From an uncultured Actinomycetes bacterium (GTDB lineage Bacteria > Actinomycetota > Actinomycetes > S36-B12 > CAIYMF01), in NCBI GenBank assembly GCA_963843975.1, contig CAWJMG010000003.1, forward strand, positions 30,001-62,000: a DNA stretch of 32,000 bases, read 5' to 3'. Under the pieces are notes generated by a model. The model searched no databases and was not told where the DNA came from. It was given only the letters and a program-made list of their open reading frames with translations. Within the stretch, counting starts at the first letter, position 1. Every line of letters begins with the position of its first letter. Of the stretch, positions 8,328-15,566 are shown piece by piece. Both the position numbers and the translations under genes were made by a program.

Positions 8328-9941
8328 TCAGACGCGCTCGTGCGCCTCCTCGAGGGTGGTCTGCCCGATCTCCGCGAAGATGTCGGGCTTGGCCTTGCGC
8401 ATCCACAGGGCGTAGCCGAAGCCGAGCACCAGGATTCCGACGATGTACCAGGGCATGAGCTGGAACACCAGGCTGTCCGAGCCCAGACCAGCCGCGAAGG
8501 CCCTGTTCGTCCAGAGCAGGTAGAGCGCGTAGAGCATGCCCGCCGCGCCCACGAGCGGTGCGATGAGCGTGGTGATGACGTTGCCCTTGTGCACCTTCTT
8601 GACCCAGAAGTACGAGATCACGGCGAACGACGTGATCGTCTGGACGAGCAGGATCATGGCGGTGCCGATGACGGCGATGAGGCCATAGACGTTCACGTAG
8701 GGAACGAGCTCCGGCGTCGGGACCATGTTGCCGTCGGCGTCGGGGACGTACACGTTCGTGAACAGGAGGAACGCCACCAGGATCACCGTGGTGATGATCG
8801 TCTGCAGGATGACTGCTGCCGCGGGCGACTGGTGCTTCGGGTTGATGGTGCCGAACGAGTTCCGCATCCAGCTCCACGCACCCTCGCGAGCGAGCGCGTA
8901 GATGTAGCGGGCCGAAGCGTTGCCGAACGCGAGCGCGCAGGCGAAGGAACCGATGACGAGCAGGATCTTGTAGATCGTGGTCATGAAGTCACCCATGTTG
9001 GCGGTGACGAGACCGAGCCACAGGTCGACGGGGTTGGCGCCCGCCGACAGCTCGACGGACTTGGCCGCACCGTTGCCGACAACGACGACCCACGACATGA
9101 GCGTGTAGAAGAGGCCGAGGCCGATGACCGCGATCATGGTCGCCCGCGGGACGTTCTTCTTGGGGTCCTTGGACTCCTCGCCATAGACCGCGGTGGTCTC
9201 GTAGCCGATCCAGGACCAGAAGGCGAAGAAGATGCCGATCGCCGCGGCACCCTGGGCCACGCCAGTGCCGAACGCGCCCTCGTCGAGGGACTTGAATGCG
9301 TTCTGCACCGGCACGATGTCGCTGAACATGAGGCCGTCCGGGCCGCCCTTGGCGAACACGGTCACGGCAAGCCCGAGCAGCAGCAGCACCTCGGCGACGA
9401 GCGTGACGCTGAGGACTCCGGCAGCGACCGTGATGGAGAAGTAGGTCAGGACGCCGATCGCGATCGTGCCGATGATGGCGATGACGATCCAGTTCACGTT
9501 GATGCCGGCGGGGACGAGGATGTAGCTCGTCGCGAAGTACGCGAATCCACCGATGAGGGACGCCTCGAACACGATGTAGGCGACAGCTGCGAGCAGGCCT
9601 GAGGCCATGCCCCAGACCTGGCCGAGCCCCTGGGAGATAAACCCGTAGAAGGCTCCGGCCGTCGTCACGTACTTCGCCATGGCGACGAAGCCGATCGTGA
9701 AGATCGTCAGGACGATGGTGGCGAACAGGTAGCCCGCGGAGGCGCCGATCCCGTTGCCGTAGCCGATGGCGATCGGGACGTTGAAGCTCATCGCGGTGAT
9801 GGGGGCCGCGTTCGCCACCGCCATGAACAGAACGCCGACGAGGCCCACGGCCCCTGCCTTGAGCCGGACCTCCTCCTTCGGGCTGACGTGGTGGTCGCCC
9901 GGGAGTGCGACGGGACCGTCGGGACCGTGTTCGGTCGTCAT
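8328..9941 (-). CDS. APC-superfamily amino acid/amine permease
   Basis: Long hydrophobic multi-segment protein (AVGLVGVLFMAVANAAPITAM..., FFAFWSWIGYETTAVYGEESKDPKKNVPRA). ATG 9941 preceded by AAAGGAA was preferred over the ORF-track start at 10004. Confidence 0.85.
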   Translation of the reverse strand: MTTEHGPDGPVALPGDHHVSPKEEVRLKAGAVGLVGVLFMAVANAAPITAMSFNVPIAIGYGNGIGASAGYLFATIVLTIFTIGFVAMAKYVTTAGAFYGFISQGLGQVWGMASGLLAAVAYIVFEASLIGGFAYFATSYILVPAGINVNWIVIAIIGTIAIGVLTYFSITVAAGVLSVTLVAEVLLLLGLAVTVFAKGGPDGLMFSDIVPVQNAFKSLDEGAFGTGVAQGAAAIGIFFAFWSWIGYETTAVYGEESKDPKKNVPRATMIAVIGLGLFYTLMSWVVVVGNGAAKSVELSAGANPVDLWLGLVTANMGDFMTTIYKILLVIGSFACALAFGNASARYIYALAREGAWSWMRNSFGTINPKHQSPAAAVILQTIITTVILVAFLLFTNVYVPDADGNMVPTPELVPYVNVYGLIAVIGTAMILLVQTITSFAVISYFWVKKVHKGNVITTLIAPLVGAAGMLYALYLLWTNRAFAAGLGSDSLVFQLMPWYIVGILVLGFGYALWMRKAKPDIFAEIGQTTLEEAHERV

Positions 9942-10183
9942 ACTCGGGTGTTCCTTTCGCTGGAGGCGCTGGGGTGCTTGCCGCCTACCGCCGGGCCGGC
10001 CCAAGCCCGGCCCGTGCGTGTTGCGGAGTATTCACTGGACCTTTGGACCGAATCAAGGCCTTGGGGGAACCGTTTACCTCGTCGAAACGGTCACCCGTTC
10101 GGTCCAGGCTCACGCGGGGTTCGGGGAAATCTGCGCGTAACGGTCTGCTGAACCGCCGCCTCGCACCAGCACTGGTGAAGATT

Positions 10184-10216
10184 TGGTCTTGTTTTGGTCT
10201 GGTCTTTCGGTATGCT
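10184..10216 (+). promoter_or_regulatory. Candidate promoter of the BMC operon with three direct TGGTCT repeats (possible GntR/HutC operator)
   Basis: TGGTCT at 10184-10189, 10195-10200 and 10200-10205. TTGTTT (10189-10194), 16 nt, then TATGCT (10211-10216) resembles a sigma-A-type -35/-10. SD GGGAGG lies at 10241-10246 before ATG 10251. Confidence 0.35.
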
Positions 10217-10250
10217 CGTGCACGACGTCGCTGGCTGACCGGGAGGTGCC

Positions 10251-11576
10251 ATGACCGATCACGCCCGGGTCGAGGACGGGGAGACGCCGCTCGACTACGG
10301 CTTCTTCTCGTTCGCCTCCAAGACCGAGGTCCTGGACAAGAGCAAGGAGTTCTGGAACCCGAACAAGACCACCTTCTGGTCCGAGTCGGGCGTCCCGCTG
10401 GTCATCGACCGGCGCGAGGACTACTTCATCTACGACGTCACCGGCAAGCGCCTCATCGACGTCCACCTCAACGGCGGCACCTACAACCTCGGGCACCGCA
10501 ACCCCGAGATGGTGCAGGCCATCACCGTGGCCATGCAGCATTTCGACATCGGCAACCACCACTTCCCCTCCCTCGCGCGCACGGCCCTCGCCGAGGCGCT
10601 GATCGCGAGCGCGCCGAAACACATGTCGAAGGTCGTCTACGCCTCGGGCGGGGGGGAGGCCATCGACATCGCCCTCAAGACAGCGCGCCACACGACCCAG
10701 AAGCGCAAGATCGTGTCCATCGTCCGCGCGTTCCACGGGCACACGGGCCTGGCGGTCGGAGCCGGCGACGACCGGTTCTCCAAGCTGTTCCTGTCGGACC
10801 AGCCTGAGGACTTCCCGCACGTGCCCTTCAACGACCTCGAGGCGATGGAGGAGGCGCTGCGTGGGCGCGACGTGGCTGGCGTCATCCTGGAGACGATTCC
10901 CGCCACCTACGGCTTCCCGCTCCCCGACCCCGGCTACCTCGAGGGTGTGAAGCGCCTCTGCGAGAAGTACGACGCCCTCTACATCGCCGACGAGGTGCAG
11001 ACCGGCCTCATGCGCACCGGTGAGTTGTGGGGCATCACCAAGCACGGCATCGAGCCTGACATCCTGGTGACGGGCAAGGGCATCTCGGGCGGCATGTACC
11101 CCATCGCGGCGGTGCTCGTGAGCGAGCGCGCCTCCGGCTGGCTCGACGAGGACGGCTTCGGCCACATCTCGACCTTCGGCGGTGCCGAGCTCGGCTGCAT
11201 CGCCGCGCTCAAGGCGCTCGAGATCTGCAACCGCGCCGAGACCCGCTCGATGGTCCACTACATCGCGGACTTCATCGGCCGGGGCCTGCGCGACATCCAG
11301 GCCACCTACCCCGACTGGTTCGTCGGCATCCGCCAGAACGGCGTGGTGATGGGCCTGGAGTTCGCCCGCCCGCAGGGCGCCAAGGCCGTGATGAAGCGCC
11401 TGTACGAGAACGGCGTCTGGGCGATCTTCTCCACCCTCGACCCGCGGGTGCTGCAGTACAAGCCCGGAATCCTCCTCAAGCCCGAGGTGGCCGAGGAGCT
11501 GCTCGACCGCACCGAGGTCGGCATCGCCCTGGCCCGCGAGGACGTCCTGGGCGCTGGCAAGAAGGCGTGGCGCTGA
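10251..11576 (+). CDS. Class-III aminotransferase-fold PLP enzyme; candidate 1-amino-2-propanol O-phosphate phospho-lyase of the RMM pathway
   Basis: 441-aa ORF. ADEVQTGLMRTG and VTGKGISGG (PLP lysine) are class-III aminotransferase motifs. It is the first gene of the RMM-type operon, where this fold is assigned the phospho-lyase role in M. smegmatis. Confidence 0.8.
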   Translation: MTDHARVEDGETPLDYGFFSFASKTEVLDKSKEFWNPNKTTFWSESGVPLVIDRREDYFIYDVTGKRLIDVHLNGGTYNLGHRNPEMVQAITVAMQHFDIGNHHFPSLARTALAEALIASAPKHMSKVVYASGGGEAIDIALKTARHTTQKRKIVSIVRAFHGHTGLAVGAGDDRFSKLFLSDQPEDFPHVPFNDLEAMEEALRGRDVAGVILETIPATYGFPLPDPGYLEGVKRLCEKYDALYIADEVQTGLMRTGELWGITKHGIEPDILVTGKGISGGMYPIAAVLVSERASGWLDEDGFGHISTFGGAELGCIAALKALEICNRAETRSMVHYIADFIGRGLRDIQATYPDWFVGIRQNGVVMGLEFARPQGAKAVMKRLYENGVWAIFSTLDPRVLQYKPGILLKPEVAEELLDRTEVGIALAREDVLGAGKKAWR

Positions 11577-13142
11577 TGGTCGAGACCATGTTTGAGATGC
11601 CGCTCGACCCCGCCGGCGTGCCGCGCGGGCGGGCCATGATCGAGCGAGCCGAGTGGGCCGCGCGCGCGTTCGCGTCGTACGACGCCGCCACCGTGCAGCG
11701 GATCGTCGACGCTGCCGCCGCCGCGGGTGCCGCGCACGCCAAGGAGCTCGCCGAGGCGGCCGTGCGCGAGACGGGCTTCGGCGTGGCCGAGCACAAGGTG
11801 CTCAAGAACCTCGCCTGCTCGCGCGGCATCGCCGAGCTCTACAGGGCCGCCGACTACGTCGACGTCGTGGTCGACGCCGACGCGAAGATCGTCTCGGTGC
11901 CGCGGCCGGCCGGCGTGGTGCTCGCGCTGACGCCGTCGACGAACCCTGTCGCCACCGTGTACTTCAAGACCCTGCTCGCGCTGCTCACGCGCAACGCCGT
12001 CGTGATCTGCCCGCACCCCTACGCCAAGGAGGTGTGCGCCAAGGCCGCTCGCATCATGGCCGAGGCGGCGGTGGCGGCGGGCGCTCCCGACGGCTGCATC
12101 CAGGTCGTCGACGAGCCGTCGATCCCGCTGGTCAACGCGCTCATGACCGACCCTCGCACCGACGTCATCGTGGCGACGGGCGGCTCGGCGATGGTGCGCT
12201 CGGCTTACCGCAGCGGCAACCCCGCGATCGGCGTCGGGCCGGGCAACGTGCCGGTGCTCGTCGACGCCTCGGCCGACCTCGCGGCGGCGGCCAAGCGGAT
12301 CGTCGACAGCAAGGCGTTCGACAACTCGATCCTGTGCACCAACGAGAGCGTGCTGGTCGTCGAGAAGTCGGTGGCCAAGCAGCGTGTCCCAGCTCGAGCG
12401 CGCGGGCGCCCACCTGCTCGCGCCCGACGAGCGCGACCGGGTGCGCGACCTGATCTTCCCGGGCGGCCGGTTCGACACCGCGTGGGTGGGCAAGGACGCG
12501 ACGGACATCGCGAAGGCGGCCGGCGTGCGCGTCGGCGCGCGCACGCGGATCCTGCTCGCGCCGTTCGACCTCGTCGTGCCGGAGGAGCCGCTCGCGCACG
12601 AGAAGCTCTGCCCGGTGCTCGGCATGGTGGTCGTCGAGACCGCCGCCCGCGGCATCGACGCCGCGCGCGCCGTCCTGCGCATCACCGGCGAGGGCCACTC
12701 GGCCGCGATCCACAGCACGGATGCGCGCACGATCATGGAGTTCTCGGCCGCGGTCCGCGTCCTGCGGGTGTCGGTCAACGTCGGCAACAGCCTCGGCAGC
12801 TCCGGCATCGAGACCAACCTCGCGCCGTCGATGACGATCGGCACCGGCTTCTTCGGCCGCTCGTCGGTGGGGGAGAACCTCGAGCCCAAGCACCTCGTCA
12901 ACTGGACCCGCCTGGCCTGGAACGCCGACTCCTCGGTGCGCATGCCCGACGTCGCAGCGATCTCGCCGTGGCACGCGCCCGACGGCGCCGTCCCGGCGTA
13001 CCCGCGCGCGTCGAACGACGGCGGCGCACCGCTGGTGCCCTCGCCCACGGCTGAGGTCGCGGTCGAGGGTGCGCCCGACAGCCTGCGCGACGAGATCCGC
13101 CGGCTCATCATCGAAGAGCTCAACGCGATCGTGCGGGGCTGA
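11576..13142 (+). pseudogene. CoA-acylating aldehyde dehydrogenase (EutE/PduP-like), frame broken by one extra nucleotide near 12380-12386
   Basis: ATG 11576 overlaps the upstream stop (TGATG). The N-terminal part (11567..13054 ORF) stays sensible up to ...AFDNSILCTNESVLVVEKSVAKQ (catalytic Cys), then turns Arg-rich. The next frame (12384..13142) continues VSQLERAGAHLL...EKLCPVLGMVVVE...GEGHSAAIHS...MTIGTGFFG. Span is 1567 nt (3n+1). Confidence 0.85.
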
Positions 13143-13145
13143 CCC

Positions 13146-13748
13146 GTGGCCGAGCTCCGCTCCTTCATCTTCCTCGACCGGCTGCAGCCGCAGACCATGA
13201 GCTACATGGGCTCGACCGTCAAGGGAGCCCTGCCGCGCGCCGACATGGCCTCGCTGATCATCGAGGTGGCGCCGGGCCTGGACATCGAGCCGCTCACCGA
13301 CGTCGCCCTGAAGTACGCCGAGGTGCAGGCCGGGATCCTGGTGGTGGAGCGGCAGTACGGCTACCTCGAGGTGCACGGCCCGACCGGCCAGGTGAAGGCC
13401 GCCGGCGAGGCGGTGCTCGACTCGCTCGGCGCCGACCCGGACCAGGCCACGAAGCCGCAGGTGCTCGCCTCACGCATCGTGACGATGCTCGACCGCCAGC
13501 ACGCATTCCTCATCAACCGCAACAAGGCCGGCTCGATGGCGCTGCCGGGCGAGTCGCTGTTCGTGCTCGAGATGGCGCCGGCGTCGTACGCGATCCTCGC
13601 GACCAACGAGGCCGAGAAGGCCGCGGCCATCAAGGTCGTGGACTTCCGCATGATCGGTGCGACGGGCCGCGTGTACCTCTCCGGCAAGGAGAGCGACGTC
13701 CGTCAGGCGGCCGAGGCCGCCGAGGCCGCCCTGGGGAGAAGCCGATGA
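13146..13748 (+). CDS. BMC shell protein, double-domain (BMC-T class), paralog 1
   Basis: 200 aa. Co-linear with the 14775..15425 product (LIIEVAPGL.IE, GIL.VERQ.G.LEVH, INRN...SM.LPG.SL.V.EM.PA, NEAEK, MIGA.GRVY). Size and position match the tandem-domain RMM shell proteins. Confidence 0.75.
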   Translation: MAELRSFIFLDRLQPQTMSYMGSTVKGALPRADMASLIIEVAPGLDIEPLTDVALKYAEVQAGILVVERQYGYLEVHGPTGQVKAAGEAVLDSLGADPDQATKPQVLASRIVTMLDRQHAFLINRNKAGSMALPGESLFVLEMAPASYAILATNEAEKAAAIKVVDFRMIGATGRVYLSGKESDVRQAAEAAEAALGRSR

Positions 13749-14188
13749 GCACCGGCCTCGGCGACTCCGAGCGCGACCTGCTGCGCCAGATGGTGCGCCA
13801 GGTCCTGCAGGAGGTCGTGCCGGAGACGATGGCTGCGGCCTCGGCGTCAGGCGGCGCGTCCGACGAGACCGTCGTGCTGACCAACGACGCCGAGCTGGAG
13901 GCGTTCGTGCGCCGCGTCGCCGTGCTCTGCGAGGACCCCGCCGAGCGCGAGGCGCTGCGCAGCGGGAGCCGCCGCTTCCACCTGGCCGGGCACCCGACGA
14001 CGTCGGCGGCTGCTCCCGCCTCCGCAGCCGCGGTGGTCCGGGTCGACAAGGGGGCCGTCACCGAGCGGCACGTGCGCGAGGCGGCGTCCCAGGGCGCCGA
14101 CCTCGTCCTGGGACGCGGCGCCGTCCTGACTCCGCTCGCGCGCGACCGCGCGCGGGCTGCGGGCGTCCGGATCACGAAGGAGAAGTGA
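13745..14188 (+). CDS. Hypothetical BMC-locus protein (amphipathic N-terminal helix, Ala/Ser linker, ~50-aa C-terminal domain)
   Basis: 147 aa; ATGA overlap upstream and TGATG overlap downstream. N-terminus is SERDLLRQMVRQVLQEVV. C-terminus is VVRVDKGAVTERHVREAASQGADLVLGRGAVLTPLARDRARAAGVRI. It occupies the slot of the uncharacterised gene between shell genes in RMM loci. Confidence 0.7.
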   Translation: MSTGLGDSERDLLRQMVRQVLQEVVPETMAAASASGGASDETVVLTNDAELEAFVRRVAVLCEDPAEREALRSGSRRFHLAGHPTTSAAAPASAAAVVRVDKGAVTERHVREAASQGADLVLGRGAVLTPLARDRARAAGVRITKEK

Positions 14189-14778
14189 TGCTGCGCGGAC
14201 GGGTGATCGGGAACGTGTGGGCCAGCCGGAGGCTGGACGAGATCCCTTCAGGCGCGTTCCTGGAGGTGCAGGTCGAGGGTGGCGCGACGCTCATCGCGTT
14301 CGACGTCCTCGGCAGCGGGATCGGGGAGGCCGTGCTCGTGTCCACGGGGTCGGTCGCGGCCTCGTGGTTCCCGGGCGACGCACCGCCGATCGACGCGCTC
14401 ATCATCGGCTCGATCGACGAGAAGCCGGGCAGCGCAGCTCCCGGACCACAGCCCCGCGCCGCACGCCGGCGCGGTCAACGAGGAGGAACACGCATGTCGA
14501 ACAACGCGATCGGTCTCATCGAGACCAAGGGGTACGTCGCTGCACTCGCCGCCGCCGACGCGATGGTGAAGGCCGCGAACGTCGTGATCGTCAGCAAGGA
14601 CACCGTGGGCGACGGCCTGGTGGCCGTGACCATCGTCGGCGACGTCGGCGCGGTCAAGGCTGCGACCGAGGCCGGTGCCGAGACGGCGTCGTCGGTCGGA
14701 GAGCTCGTCTCCGTGCACGTCATCCCGCGTCCGCACGCCGAGCTCAGCAAGCACTTCACGGTCAGCGGCGACGCGTGA
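14188..14778 (+). CDS. Continuous ORF: BMC-P (EutN/CcmL pentamer) domain, 21-aa linker, then BMC-H domain
   Basis: MLRGRVIGNVWASRRLDEIPSGAFLEVQVEGGATLIAFDVLGSGIGEAVLVSTGS...IDALIIGSID is EutN/CcmL-like (aa 1-81). There is no stop before TGA 14776-14778. Confidence 0.85.
   Translation: MLRGRVIGNVWASRRLDEIPSGAFLEVQVEGGATLIAFDVLGSGIGEAVLVSTGSVAASWFPGDAPPIDALIIGSIDEKPGSAAPGPQPRAARRRGQRGGTRMSNNAIGLIETKGYVAALAAADAMVKAANVVIVSKDTVGDGLVAVTIVGDVGAVKAATEAGAETASSVGELVSVHVIPRPHAELSKHFTVSGDA
14494..14778 (+). CDS. BMC-H hexameric shell protein (PduA/EutM-like), from an internal start
   Basis: MSNNAIGLIETKGYVAALAAADAMVKAANV...GDVGAVKAATEAG...GELVSVHVIPRPH is canonical Pfam00936-type sequence. It has its own SD, GAGGAGGAA (14480-14488), before ATG 14494. 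Confidence 0.95.
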   Translation: MSNNAIGLIETKGYVAALAAADAMVKAANVVIVSKDTVGDGLVAVTIVGDVGAVKAATEAGAETASSVGELVSVHVIPRPHAELSKHFTVSGDA

Positions 14779-15425
14779 GCGCGGCCCCGATCGCGGGGCC
14801 GGAGCTGCGTGTCTACCTGCTGATCGAGGATCTGCAGCAGCAGTTCGCGGCGTATCTCGGTACGCCGACACGAGCACGCGGCTACCCGCCGTACGCCGGG
14901 CAGCACGCGCTCATCATCGAGGTCGCACCCGGCCTCGCCATCGAGCGCGTGACGCACCAGGCGCTGACGTCGGTGCCCGACATCGAGCCGGGCATCCTCT
15001 TCGTCGAGCGTCAGTTCGGCGTGCTCGAGGTGCACGCGTCGTCGCTCGACGACGTGCTGCGCGCAGGCGAGGCGATCCTCGACGGGCTCGGCGCGGAACC
15101 GGCCCACCAGCTGGCCCCGCGCGTGCTGTACCACGACGTCATCGAGCACGTCACGGACATGCACGCCGTCATCATCAACCGCAACCGGCAGGCCTCGATG
15201 CTGCTGCCGGGGCAGTCGCTGCTGGTCTACGAGATGACCCCTGCGCTGTTCGCCGCCGTCGCGGCGAACGAGGCCGAGAAGGTGGCGCCGGAGAACACGC
15301 TCGTCGACGTGCAGATGATCGGCGCCGCCGGCCGCGTCTACATCGGCGGCACGACCGAGGGCGTCACGAAGGCGCGCGACGCGATCACGAAGGTCCTCGA
15401 CTCGATCGAGGGCCGTCGGCACTAA
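14775..15425 (+). CDS. BMC shell protein, double-domain (BMC-T class), paralog 2
   Basis: 216 aa. GTG 14775 overlaps the BMC-H stop (GTGA). Co-linear with the 13146..13748 product. Ends in TAA, which directly abuts the tandem repeat. Confidence 0.75.
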   Translation: MSAAPIAGPELRVYLLIEDLQQQFAAYLGTPTRARGYPPYAGQHALIIEVAPGLAIERVTHQALTSVPDIEPGILFVERQFGVLEVHASSLDDVLRAGEAILDGLGAEPAHQLAPRVLYHDVIEHVTDMHAVIINRNRQASMLLPGQSLLVYEMTPALFAAVAANEAEKVAPENTLVDVQMIGAAGRVYIGGTTEGVTKARDAITKVLDSIEGRRH

Positions 15426-15533
15426 GTTCCAGCAAGCACGGGTTCCAGCAAGCACGGGTTCCAGCAAGCACGGGTTCCAGCAAGCACGGGTTCCAGCAAG
15501 CACGGGTTCCAGCAAGCACGGGTTCCAGCACGG
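15426..15533. repeat. Perfect tandem repeat: 6 copies of the 16-mer GTTCCAGCAAGCACGG plus one 12-nt copy lacking AGCA
   Basis: Units start at 15426, 15442, 15458, 15474, 15490 and 15506, all identical. A seventh copy, GTTCCAGCACGG, spans 15522-15533. The array is intergenic between BMC-T2 and the kinase. Confidence 0.97.
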
Positions 15534-15566
15534 CACGTCCCTGTCGTACGACTCGTAGGGAGAACG

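Noticed and set aside
13657-14187. 5' part of ORF 13657..14778 as an even longer N-terminal extension of the BMC-P/H frame
   Set aside because: It overlaps BMC-T1 and the hypothetical gene in another frame and reads as Arg-rich nonsense. The coupled ATG at 14188 (TGATG) is the natural start.
15426-15533. Tandem 16-mers as a CRISPR array
   Set aside because: The copies abut each other with no spacers, the unit is shorter than known CRISPR repeats, and no cas genes are present.
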